Shown here in pieces: positions 8,079-16,715 of a stretch of DNA of 32,000 bases. The notes beneath the pieces were generated by a model that was not told the origin of the DNA, searched no databases, and saw nothing but the letters and a program-made list of their open reading frames with translations. The stretch's first letter is position 1. Each line of letters begins with the position of its first letter. The stretch comes from Mucisphaera calidilacus (lineage in GTDB: Bacteria > Planctomycetota > Phycisphaerae > Phycisphaerales > Phycisphaeraceae). Location: contig NZ_CP036280.1 in NCBI RefSeq assembly GCF_007748075.1, positions 960,001-992,000 on the forward strand, written 5' to 3'. The position numbers and the translations under genes are program-made.

Positions 8079-9502
8079 ATGCTTTGATCAACTGGATCCG
8101 TAACAACCCTCTCTCGCTGGTCGCCATTCTCGTCAGCGTTGCTTCGCTGGTCGTCATGACCTGGTTCATGATCGGCTCGGGCGGGCTGCGTGATCAGCTC
8201 AGCCAGCAGGCGCAGGCGATCAAGAAACTCCGCAGCTACCGAGCGGTACAGGTTTCGCTGCCGCCCTCCAAGCCCGGCGAGCAGGGCTACGAGGCCTCGG
8301 GTGTCATGGTCAACGCCCAGGCGATCGAGAAGGTGGAGGCGATCAACCAGCAGATGGACAGGCAGTCGCGTCTGGTGGGTGAATTGGCCCTGAATTTCAA
8401 CCGTGGCACCGTGAACAACGCCGACGTCCGTCTGATGTTCGGGAGCGTGGCCGCGGGTCTCGAGCGGCGGCCGATGCGTGAACGTCTCTTCCCGCGGACG
8501 GGCAGTGACAGCGACGCCTACGCCGCGCGCGAGGATTACCTGCGTGCCTTCAGGGACATGCTTGGGCCGTGGTCACCCGACGGGCCCGCCTGGCGGCTCG
8601 ACGCGGGCAACCCGCCCTCGCCCGAGGAGATCGCCGCCCGGATCGGCGAGGTCGAGGCCGATTTGTTTCAGGATTCGGACCGCGGGCAACTCGACGAGGC
8701 CGCCATCCAGCACGAGATGGAGACCAAGCGTATCGCCCTGCTTCAGCTGTTTAAGGAGAAGGCCGAGTCGATCCACGTCTACACGGCCTTCACGCCGGAT
8801 TTGATGATCTCGCCGTTCCAGATCGGCGCCTGGGCGCAGGGCACGATGAAGCCCGACATGCTGACCCTCTGGGAGGCCCAGATGGAGCTCTGGATCCAGC
8901 AGGATCTCGTCGCGGCCATCGCCTGGGCCAATCGTGTTTGGGAAGCCTCGAGCCTCGAGGGCGGCACGGGCACTTCGGTCATCAACGCGCCGGTCAAGCG
9001 GTTGCTGGGCATCACGGTTATCCCCGGGTACGTGGGGACGCATACCGCGGGCGGTATGGGGCAGACGGCCGTGATCAACACCGGCGGCAGCCGGTCGCGT
9101 GGCGGCGGCTTTATGGGGTCTTCGGCGGGTATGGGCGGCCGAGGCGGGCAGGGCGGTGGCGCCTCAGAGCACGGTCCTACCGACCGCAACTTCTTCGTGT
9201 CGCCCACGGGGCGGTTGAGCAACTCGATGTACGACGTGCGTCACGCCGCCATCACGCTTCACGTCGACGCCAAGCAGTTGCCCCGGGTCTTTGAGTCTTT
9301 TTCACGCATCAACTTCATGACCGTGATCGACTGCAGCATGCAGGACGTGGACGAATTCGGACCTGAAGGCTACGCGGGCGGTTTTTACTACGGCGACGCC
9401 GACGTGATCCGTGTTGATCTCGTGATCGAGTGCGTCTTTCTCAGGCAGTGGACGACCACGCTCATGCCCGATGAAGCCAAGGCCTACGTAGGCGTCAACT
9501 GA
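8075..9502 (+). CDS. Bitopic membrane protein of unknown family (N-terminal TM, long periplasmic region with a Gly/Arg/Met-rich tract)
   Basis: ATGA overlap with the pilM-like gene implies translational coupling. The N-terminal TM is LSLVAILVSVASLVVMTWFMIG, followed by the coiled-coil-like QLSQQAQAIKKLRS. A low-complexity tract GGSRSRGGGFMGSSAGMGGRGGQGGGAS lies at about 9083-9165. By position it could be a PilO/GspM analogue, but I cannot see a family signature. Confidence 0.8.
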   Translation: MNALINWIRNNPLSLVAILVSVASLVVMTWFMIGSGGLRDQLSQQAQAIKKLRSYRAVQVSLPPSKPGEQGYEASGVMVNAQAIEKVEAINQQMDRQSRLVGELALNFNRGTVNNADVRLMFGSVAAGLERRPMRERLFPRTGSDSDAYAAREDYLRAFRDMLGPWSPDGPAWRLDAGNPPSPEEIAARIGEVEADLFQDSDRGQLDEAAIQHEMETKRIALLQLFKEKAESIHVYTAFTPDLMISPFQIGAWAQGTMKPDMLTLWEAQMELWIQQDLVAAIAWANRVWEASSLEGGTGTSVINAPVKRLLGITVIPGYVGTHTAGGMGQTAVINTGGSRSRGGGFMGSSAGMGGRGGQGGGASEHGPTDRNFFVSPTGRLSNSMYDVRHAAITLHVDAKQLPRVFESFSRINFMTVIDCSMQDVDEFGPEGYAGGFYYGDADVIRVDLVIECVFLRQWTTTLMPDEAKAYVGVN

Positions 9503-9566
9503 AGCCGAGCAGACGGCACCCCAGCAGCAACGGCGGGCAGAATCATCCCCGCCGAAAGGAAGGCCC

Positions 9567-11567
9567 ATGAAAGGCATCGGAATCCTCGAACTGCACGTCG
9601 AGAAGATCGTCCTCTCCGTGACGATCCTCATCCTCGTTGCTGTCTTCTACACGCAGTTCGTCATGGAACCCAACAGCATTGACGAGGGCACACCCGCCGA
9701 GGTCCAGCGCAAGGTCAACGACGAGGTCGAGGCTCTTGAGCGACGACTCCGCGGCGATTCCAACGTCCCCAACTACAGCGTTTCGGGGTTCGACGACCAT
9801 TTCCTGAACACCACCATCGCCAACCCGCCGGGCAACAACATCCAGATGGCCGGTATCGTCGGACGCACCCCGTTCGAGCCGGAGATCGGCAAGGGCGGCG
9901 GCAAGCAGTACACCCTTCCCCGGCCGCCTGTTGCTACGGGCTTCGAGGTCACGCACGGCCACGCGTTGTTGATGGCTGATGGCGAACTCGGGCGCGAGCT
10001 CGCGCAGATCATCGACCGCCGGGCACCGTACGACTTTCAGTATGTGAGCGTGGCCGCCACGTTCCCCTTTGCTCAGTGGATCAGCCGGCTCGAATCGGGC
10101 CCGGAACGCGACCGCGTGCCCACCCGTTGGTGGGGCGGGCGGCGGCACATCGCCGGCGTGCTGCTCCAGCGGCAGGAACTCGACCCGGAGACCGGGGCGT
10201 GGTCCGAAGTGGTCACCCTCCCGCCACTGCCCGGCCAGATCGGCTATGCCGAGAACGGCCAGCAGAACTGGCAGCCCGGCGAGGTGCAGCAGGCCCTGAC
10301 GCTCGTGACCGGGCAGCCGGACATGGTCCAGAAGTCGCCTTTCGTCCCGACGCAGGGCGGCCTTCCCTGGACGCCTCCGGGTGAGGGCCTCGGCAGCCTC
10401 GCTCAGGACACCCACCGCGAACTGCGGAGCCTCTTTAACAAGCTCGAGAAGGTGCGTGAGATGATCACGCGCACTATGGAACGCGAACGCAACTCGGCCA
10501 ACCGGCAGTCTGCTTCGCGATCGCGATCCGAACGCACCACCACCCGACGCTCCGTCGGCGACGGCGGCATGGGCGGTATGGGGATGAGCCCCGGCATGGG
10601 TGGCAACACACGGCGTGCCGCACCCACCTCACGCAGCTCCACCCGAGACATGTCGCCTCTTGAACGTCTCCAGCAGCAGGAAGCCGAACTCGTCGACGAG
10701 ATCATGGCGATCCTGATGCCCGCTGACCCCGAGGACCAGAACGACAACATGCCCAGCAACAACATGGGCATGGGGATGGGGCCGGGCATGGGCCCTGCCG
10801 GCATGGGGATGGGCATGGGCGGGATGCCCAACACGAGACGTGCCAATCCGGGCCAGGCCGCCTCCAGTGCCGGGATCACCAAGTCGGAGGTCCGCGTCTG
10901 GGCACACGACATCACCGTCGAGCCGGGACGCACCTATCGCTACCGCGTCATCGTGAATGTTCTCAATCCCCTCTTCCGACGCTCGAACATCGAGAAGAGC
11001 CAGCGCGACGAGAACTACCGCAAGATCGCGCTCGGCCCCAGCCAGCAGGAGATCGAAGCCGCGCCGTGGTCCCCGCCGGTGACCACGGATCCCACGAATT
11101 TCTTCTGGCTCGTCGAGGGTCGGCTCCAGCAGCAGGCGGCAGAGATCGAGATCTGGACGCGTTTCAGCGGTCAGTGGGAACGGCTCACCACCGACTTCTA
11201 CGCGGGCGACGCCATCGGCGGGACGTCCACCATCGAGGGCCCTATGGGCATTCAGGCCCTCCGCATGTTCACCGGGCACACGATGGTCGACTATGCCTCC
11301 ATCGGCGGGGGAGCTGCCTCCGCGGCCATGCTGTACGTGGACGACGAGACGGGCGAGCTTGACTACCGCACGGTCGAGGGTGATCAGGAAAACATCAACC
11401 ACATACGCCTGCTCAACGAACTCGATGCCGTCGCGTTCCTGCAGGAGATGGGGGCCGGGGGTATGCGTCGCCAGCGTCCCGGCATGATGAACGACCCGAT
11501 GATGGGCCCCGGTATGGGACCGGGCATGGGCCCGGGCATGGGGATGCCGCCCGGGCAGAAGTTCTGA
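9567..11567 (+). CDS. Bitopic membrane protein of unknown family with three Met/Gly/Pro tracts
   Basis: ATG 9567 is preceded by GAAAGGAAGG. The N-terminal TM is IVLSVTILILVAVFYTQFV. Tracts: GGMGGMGMSPGMGG (about 10569-10602), NNMGMGMGPGMGPAGMGMGMGGMP (10764-10826) and the C-terminal MMNDPMMGPGMGPGMGPGMGMPPGQKF. Confidence 0.8.
   Translation: MKGIGILELHVEKIVLSVTILILVAVFYTQFVMEPNSIDEGTPAEVQRKVNDEVEALERRLRGDSNVPNYSVSGFDDHFLNTTIANPPGNNIQMAGIVGRTPFEPEIGKGGGKQYTLPRPPVATGFEVTHGHALLMADGELGRELAQIIDRRAPYDFQYVSVAATFPFAQWISRLESGPERDRVPTRWWGGRRHIAGVLLQRQELDPETGAWSEVVTLPPLPGQIGYAENGQQNWQPGEVQQALTLVTGQPDMVQKSPFVPTQGGLPWTPPGEGLGSLAQDTHRELRSLFNKLEKVREMITRTMERERNSANRQSASRSRSERTTTRRSVGDGGMGGMGMSPGMGGNTRRAAPTSRSSTRDMSPLERLQQQEAELVDEIMAILMPADPEDQNDNMPSNNMGMGMGPGMGPAGMGMGMGGMPNTRRANPGQAASSAGITKSEVRVWAHDITVEPGRTYRYRVIVNVLNPLFRRSNIEKSQRDENYRKIALGPSQQEIEAAPWSPPVTTDPTNFFWLVEGRLQQQAAEIEIWTRFSGQWERLTTDFYAGDAIGGTSTIEGPMGIQALRMFTGHTMVDYASIGGGAASAAMLYVDDETGELDYRTVEGDQENINHIRLLNELDAVAFLQEMGAGGMRRQRPGMMNDPMMGPGMGPGMGPGMGMPPGQKF
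10764..10826 (+). repeat. In-frame ATGGGN/CCNGGN tract (MGMGMGPGMGPAGMGMGMGGM)
   Basis: Read directly from the sequence. It is the same repeat class as in the pilM-like gene. Confidence 0.9.
11484..11552 (+). repeat. C-terminal in-frame Met/Gly/Pro tract (MMNDPMMGPGMGPGMGPGMGMPP)
   Basis: Read directly from the sequence. The tract ends 15 nt before the stop codon. Confidence 0.9.
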
Positions 11568-11585
11568 TCTGACCCGATCCGGTCT

Positions 11586-12227
11586 TCAGCCACGCACACC
11601 CACCACCGCCACGCTGCACCAGCCGTTGCCGATGCGGTTCGTGATGGGCAGACCACGTGTGCTCGGCACGGAAGCGGGCAGCCCCTTCGCCATGCAGCGT
11701 TCGTGCCACACGCCCAGGTCGTGCTCGGCGATCTCGCGTCGTTCCGTGCAGAGGATCAGGCAGAGCCCGGCGTGCCTGATTCGTGAATCGTTCCAGAGCT
11801 TGATCAGATCCTTACGCACCGGGTTGAGTAACTCCGAGCTGTACCCGCGGAAGGGCCCCGTCGTCTCGTGCTGGGCGACATACTTCACCTCCAGCCAGTA
11901 CGCCTCGTCGGCCTCCGCTCCGGGCTGTTGGTCAAAGAGCGTGTTGACGACCTGCTCGTCCTTGAGGGGCAAGCCGTCACGCGTGAGGACGAGGTCGCAC
12001 CGCTCGCCACGGCTGCGTTTGCGCTCGTCCCACCGGCCGGGGTAACGCTGCTCCCGGTGCACGCCAAAGCCCGCGTGTTCCAGGATGGTTGCGAGGATCG
12101 GGTGCAGGCCCAGTTCGTCCTTTGCGTCGAAGCCGTAGACGGCCTGTTCGAGGTCGTCGGCCGCCGCCTGACGCTTCAATCCCTCGAAGAGCACGTCCGC
12201 GAGTTCGGCCGTCGACCAGCTGATCAT
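11586..12227 (-). CDS. Hypothetical protein with a PD-(D/E)xK nuclease-like motif arrangement
   Basis: The order of elements fits a restriction-endonuclease-like core: helix with E (ILATILEHAG), strand FGVHREQRY, strand RCDLVLTR (Asp78), then YWLEVKYV (Glu113-x-Lys115). No other recognisable domain. It lies 12 nt downstream of the CNNM gene on the same strand. Confidence 0.55.
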   Translation of the reverse strand: MISWSTAELADVLFEGLKRQAAADDLEQAVYGFDAKDELGLHPILATILEHAGFGVHREQRYPGRWDERKRSRGERCDLVLTRDGLPLKDEQVVNTLFDQQPGAEADEAYWLEVKYVAQHETTGPFRGYSSELLNPVRKDLIKLWNDSRIRHAGLCLILCTERREIAEHDLGVWHERCMAKGLPASVPSTRGLPITNRIGNGWCSVAVVGVRG

Positions 12228-12239
12228 CGTGGTCAGCTC

Positions 12240-13220
12240 CTACCAGCTCGACAGCTCGCCGGTGATCGGCTCGACCAGGTCCTTGATCGTGACCAGTCCA
12301 GCCGGCTGGCCGTCGTCGTCGACCACCATCGCCATCGGCATCCGGTGCGCCTGCATGGTGCTCAACGCGCGGCGGATCGGCATCGTTCCCTCGAGGATCT
12401 CAACCGGCCCCATCAGCTCCGAGACGCTCGGGCAGGAGGCTCGCTCACAGATCAGCGCATCGCGCAGGTTCAGCACGCCGGCCACGTCACCCGCCTCATC
12501 GACGACCGGGAAGCGTGAGCGTCCCGTGCGGTCCGCGATCGCCCAGAGGTCGTCTGTTGTCGCTTTCAGGCTGACCGTCATGACCTCCTGCCAGGGCGTC
12601 ATCTCGTCCACCACACGCTTGTCACTCAGGCCGAGCACGCGGCCCACGATCGCCGTCTGTTCGTCACTCAGCAGGCCGTGCCCCAACCCTTCCTTGACCA
12701 GCGCCTCGACACGCCATCTGGGGTGTACCGGCCCGCTCGCGCCTCGGCTGACCAGCCGGCCGACGCCCTCGGTGATGGCGACCAGGCCGGCCGCGGTAAA
12801 CACCCAGCGTGATACGCGCAGCACCCCGGCCAGCCGGTACATCAGCCGATCCGCGTAAGCGGCGAAGAGGTCTTTGGGCAGCGTCTCGCCGAACACGAAG
12901 AGCACGGGCGTCACGATCATGGTGTTGACGATCACGTTTGCCCAGCCCGTCACGCCCCGGGACTCGAGCAGGATGCCCAGCATGGCGACGCCCAGGTTGT
13001 TCATGATGTTGTTGCCGATGAGCAGCGTGCTCAGCAGCGTTGTCACGCGCTCGGTTTCGGCACGCAGGAGCCGTGCCGCGGCGAGGCCCTGATGCGCGAG
13101 AACCTGCAGGCGCACGCGGTTGAGGCTGTAGACACCCGTTTCCAGGCCGGAGTAGAGCGCCGAGCCGACAAACCCCACCATCATCCCCGCCACGCACAAG
13201 GCACTCTCGGTGGGTGTCAT
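12240..13220 (-). CDS. CNNM/DUF21 + CBS-pair membrane protein (HlyC/CorC-family transporter, lacks the CorC C-terminal domain)
   Basis: N-terminal DUF21 pattern (SALYSGLETGVYSLNRVRLQVL; LLIGNNIMN; GETLPKD), then two CBS-like modules (RFPVVDEAGDVAGVLNLRD; MAMVVDDDGQPAGLVTIKDLVE). ATGA overlap with the upstream paralogue. Confidence 0.8.
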   Translation of the reverse strand: MTPTESALCVAGMMVGFVGSALYSGLETGVYSLNRVRLQVLAHQGLAAARLLRAETERVTTLLSTLLIGNNIMNNLGVAMLGILLESRGVTGWANVIVNTMIVTPVLFVFGETLPKDLFAAYADRLMYRLAGVLRVSRWVFTAAGLVAITEGVGRLVSRGASGPVHPRWRVEALVKEGLGHGLLSDEQTAIVGRVLGLSDKRVVDEMTPWQEVMTVSLKATTDDLWAIADRTGRSRFPVVDEAGDVAGVLNLRDALICERASCPSVSELMGPVEILEGTMPIRRALSTMQAHRMPMAMVVDDDGQPAGLVTIKDLVEPITGELSSW

Positions 13221-14521
13221 CGCGTTCCCCCCTCGCCACGACGCACCATCGACACCACGACGGTGACGACCCGGTTCCTGGCCATACGCTCGACGCGCAG
13301 CCGCACATTCCCGACCACCAGCTCGTCGCCTTCCTCAGGCAGCCGCCCGAGCTGATCCATGACCAGGCCGCCGAGGGTTGTGGAATCCAGGGCTTCGAGG
13401 GCTTCTGCCCCGAGGTTCAACTCGCGGCCAAAGAGGTCGGGCCAGTCATGCACCGCGAGGTCGCCGTCCACGCGCCACCGGCCCAGCCCGATCATCCTTA
13501 CCTCGGGTCGGCCGCTCGCTTCGAACTCGCCCGCGATATCGCCCACCATGTGCTCGACGATGTCTTCGAGCGTGATCAGTCCCGCGGTACCGCCGTACTC
13601 GTCGACCACGATGGCGAAGGTGGTCCCCGAGCGGCGGAGCTCGACCAGCGCCTTGTCCGCGGTGGTCACCGCGGGCACGTAGTGCACCTGCCGGATCAGC
13701 CGATTCACCGCCTCATGCGTTGTTGGCTGAGCGACCAGCACCTGGCGCGAGTAGAGCAGCCCGACGATCGTGTCCAGGCTGTCATCCTTCACGGGGATGT
13801 GTCGCAGGCCGGTATCCCTGATGAGCGTCATCAACGCCTGCGGGTCTTCACGGACGTCGAACGCCTTGATGTCCACCCGCGGGATCATCAGGTCTTCGAC
13901 CCGGAGTTGTCCGAGTTCGAGCACCTGCAGCAGCAGTCGCTCTTCCTCGGTGTCGAGAATCCCGTGGTCCTCGCTAAGGCGCAGCAACGATTCCAGCTCG
14001 TCCGTGCTCAGGCCCGCCACGCGTGTCCGCGGCGCGATCAGGCGTGCCAGGGGTGTGATCACGCCATGCTGCGCCACCATCCGCACGGGTGTGAGGGCCC
14101 GGTGGACCATGAGCAGCGGGATGGAGGCGTAGCCCGACCACGTCACGCGTGACCTCGACGCCACCAGCTTCGGCAGCACCTCGCCGAGCAGGATGATGAT
14201 GAGCAGGGGCAACAGCGAGAGCACCGACAGGACCCAGGCATCCGCCCACGGCCGCTCGCTGATGCGTATGGTCGCGGCAGAGCTCACGGCGAAAAACAGC
14301 ACGTTCACCGTCATGTTGCCCAGGAGCAGCGTGATCAACAGGCCACGCGTCTCCGAGAGCAAGACCCCGATCGCCGCTGCCGAGGCACCTTTGCGGCGTT
14401 CGAGGACCAGCCTCTGATGGCGGCTGAGGCTGAAGAGTGCCGTCTCGCTGCCCGAGAAGAAACCACTGGCGACAATCAGCACCGGGAGGAACGCGAGCAT
14501 AAGCCACAGCGTCGGGTCCAT
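13217..14521 (-). CDS. Hemolysin-family/CorC-type transporter (DUF21 + CBS pair + CorC_HlyC domain)
   Basis: Track ORF 13217..14623. I prefer ATG 14521 (MDPTLWLMLAFLPVLIV...), which lies 4 nt after the upstream gene's stop. Supporting motifs: SGSETALFSLSRHQ, LLLGNMTVN, GEVLPK, a CBS pair (HIPVKDDSLDTIVGLLYSRQ; FAIVVDEYGGTAGLITLEDIVE) and a C-terminal transporter-associated domain (WRVDGDL...VGNVRLRVERM). Confidence 0.85.
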   Translation of the reverse strand: MDPTLWLMLAFLPVLIVASGFFSGSETALFSLSRHQRLVLERRKGASAAAIGVLLSETRGLLITLLLGNMTVNVLFFAVSSAATIRISERPWADAWVLSVLSLLPLLIIILLGEVLPKLVASRSRVTWSGYASIPLLMVHRALTPVRMVAQHGVITPLARLIAPRTRVAGLSTDELESLLRLSEDHGILDTEEERLLLQVLELGQLRVEDLMIPRVDIKAFDVREDPQALMTLIRDTGLRHIPVKDDSLDTIVGLLYSRQVLVAQPTTHEAVNRLIRQVHYVPAVTTADKALVELRRSGTTFAIVVDEYGGTAGLITLEDIVEHMVGDIAGEFEASGRPEVRMIGLGRWRVDGDLAVHDWPDLFGRELNLGAEALEALDSTTLGGLVMDQLGRLPEEGDELVVGNVRLRVERMARNRVVTVVVSMVRRGEGGTR

Positions 14522-14525
14522 GGCG

Positions 14526-15575
14526 TCAGATCTTGGCTCCGGAGAAGCCTTCCCAGCGATGCGCACGCATCGCCGCGAGGACGCGTTCTGCCGCGTCCAC
14601 GGCCGTGTAGCCGGCCTCGGCATCCACGGTCGGCTGTTGGCCCGTCCGGGCCGCGTCGAGGAAGCTGGTGAGCTCCGCGGTCAGCGGGTCTTCTTCGCCC
14701 GGGGGCAGGTCCATGGTGAGTTCGTCGAGGTTCACGAGCGAGGAGTAGTCCAGTTCGGTCAGATCCACGCCGTCCTGCAGCAGTCGGCGGATTTCGTCCA
14801 GCGCTTCGGCGTTTTCTGCCAGACGGATCACCACGCCCGTTCGCGCCTGATAGTCGAGACTTACGTAGGCGGTCTCGCTGAAGATGCGCATTTTGCGCTC
14901 GGTCTTGAGCGCGAGGCGTGACGCCTTCACGTTCGCCACGCAACCCGACTCAAAGACGAAGCGAGCGCTCGCCACGTCTTCGTACTGGCTGATCACCGAG
15001 ATGCCCGCTGCCTCGACCCGCTGGACCTCCGAGTTCACCAGCATGTGCATGATGTCCAGGTCGTGGATCATCATGTCCATGACGACCCCCACGTCCAGCG
15101 AGCGGAAGGTCATCGGACTGACGCGGTCCACCTCGATGAACCGGGGCGTGATCCCCATCGCCGCCACGGCGCGCACGGCGGGGTTGAACCGCTCGGTGTG
15201 CCCCACCTGGAGCACCGCCTTGTGCTGCTTAGCCACTTCAGCCAGCTCGCGTGCCTCTGCCCGGCTCGGTGCCAGTGGTTTTTCGACCAGACAGGCGATC
15301 TGGCGCTCCAGCAGGGGGCGCGCCGCCGACATATGGAACTGCGTCGGGACCGCTACTGTCGCCGCCTTGAGGGCCGGGTGTTTTTCCAGCAGCTCCTCGG
15401 TGGTGGTGTAAGCGGCACACCCGTACTGGTCGGCGACAACGTAGGCGCGATCCTCGTCCGGATCGACGACCGCCACGAGCCGGGCGCCGTCGAGATTCTT
15501 ATACGTCCTGGCGTGGTGGTTGCCCATACGGCCGACACCAAGCACCGCACAATCAAGAATAGGCTGATCCGTCAT
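14526..15575 (-). CDS. Gfo/Idh/MocA-family NAD(P)-dependent oxidoreductase
   Basis: N-terminal Rossmann motif CAVLGVGRMGNHHARTY...ARLVAVVDPD, followed by EKPLA and the typical C-terminal alpha/beta domain. Confidence 0.85.
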   Translation of the reverse strand: MTDQPILDCAVLGVGRMGNHHARTYKNLDGARLVAVVDPDEDRAYVVADQYGCAAYTTTEELLEKHPALKAATVAVPTQFHMSAARPLLERQIACLVEKPLAPSRAEARELAEVAKQHKAVLQVGHTERFNPAVRAVAAMGITPRFIEVDRVSPMTFRSLDVGVVMDMMIHDLDIMHMLVNSEVQRVEAAGISVISQYEDVASARFVFESGCVANVKASRLALKTERKMRIFSETAYVSLDYQARTGVVIRLAENAEALDEIRRLLQDGVDLTELDYSSLVNLDELTMDLPPGEEDPLTAELTSFLDAARTGQQPTVDAEAGYTAVDAAERVLAAMRAHRWEGFSGAKI

Positions 15576-15655
15576 CCCAATATCCTAGCCGATTGCGGCA
15601 GGCCTATCGCGTGATTCAGGGTGATCCGCCGCGCCGTCCCGCATACGATGTGCCC

Positions 15656-16711
15656 ATGCGCGAACCGCCCACATCCCGAAAACCGGTCATCGGTATCACG
15701 ATGGGTGAACCCGCGGGCATCGGGCCGGAAGTCGTCATCAAGGCGCTGGCCGACCCCGAGGTCCGACGGCTGGCCCGCTTCGTGATTTACGGGATGAACG
15801 AGCTGCTCACCTACGCCGCCGACCTCGCCGAGATCGACCCGTTCTGGCACCGCGTCCAGAACGACTCGAGTCGCACCGAGTACGACCTCACGCACAGCGT
15901 CGTCTGCATCGACTACGACCAGTACTCCGTGCTCGGCCCGGGGATGCACGGCCCGACCAAGATCGGCGGGCAGGCGAGCCTCCGTTTCCTCGACGACGCC
16001 ATCAACGCGGCCTCACGGCCCATCGAGCAGGGGGGTATCGACGCCATCGTGACCGCCCCCATCTGCAAGGAGTCGTGGGCACTCGCCGGCTTCCAGCGTT
16101 TTCCGGGGCACACCGAGCTTCTGGCCAACCGCACGCGTGCACGCCGTGTGGTCATGATGTTCGACGCGCCGCGTATTCGCGTTGCCCTCGCCACGGTGCA
16201 CGTTCCCCTCATGGACGTGCGCAACGTCCTGACGATCGGCTCCGTCTTCGATCCCATCGACCTGGGTGCCGAGGCCTGCCGGCGACTGGGCATCGACGAG
16301 CCGCGTGTCGCTGTTGCCGGGCTCAACCCCCACGCATCGGAGAACGGGTTGTTCGGCGACGAGGAACGACGACTGATCACGCCCGCCATCGAGATGGCCA
16401 GGCAGCATGGCATCCGTGCCGAGGGGCCCTTTCCCGCCGACACCCTCTTCACGCCCTCAAACCTCGACCGCTACGACCTCTTCGTCGCCATGTATCACGA
16501 CCAGGGGCTGATCCCCGTCAAGATGATCGCTTTTGATTCAGCCGTGAACGTCACCCTGGGGCTCCCCATCATCCGGACCTCGGTGGACCACGGCACCGCT
16601 TTTAACATCGTGGGGCAGAACACCGCGGACCCCGGGTCGATGAAAGCCGCGATCAGGCTCGCCTACGAGCTGGCGCTGAGTCACGCCAATCTCGCCCGCG
16701 AGGCCGGCTGA
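15656..16711 (+). CDS. pdxA: 4-hydroxythreonine-4-phosphate dehydrogenase
   Basis: Track ORF 15593..16711; ATG 15656 is preferred. PdxA hallmarks: GITMGEPAGIGPEV, VTAPICK, GHTELLA, NPHASENGLFG, MYHDQGLIPVK, RTSVDHGTAF. Confidence 0.9.
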   Translation: MREPPTSRKPVIGITMGEPAGIGPEVVIKALADPEVRRLARFVIYGMNELLTYAADLAEIDPFWHRVQNDSSRTEYDLTHSVVCIDYDQYSVLGPGMHGPTKIGGQASLRFLDDAINAASRPIEQGGIDAIVTAPICKESWALAGFQRFPGHTELLANRTRARRVVMMFDAPRIRVALATVHVPLMDVRNVLTIGSVFDPIDLGAEACRRLGIDEPRVAVAGLNPHASENGLFGDEERRLITPAIEMARQHGIRAEGPFPADTLFTPSNLDRYDLFVAMYHDQGLIPVKMIAFDSAVNVTLGLPIIRTSVDHGTAFNIVGQNTADPGSMKAAIRLAYELALSHANLAREAG

Positions 16712-16715
16712 TCCC

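Noticed and set aside
7365-11552. Whether the short tandem repeats could be a CRISPR array or a non-coding satellite.
   Set aside because: The unit length is 6 nt (33 nt for the one larger duplication), there are no spacers, and all tracts are in frame inside long ORFs. No cas genes are present.
11568-11585. Terminator between the convergent genes ending at 11567 and 11586.
   Set aside because: The gap is only 18 nt and I could not find a convincing stem-loop in it.
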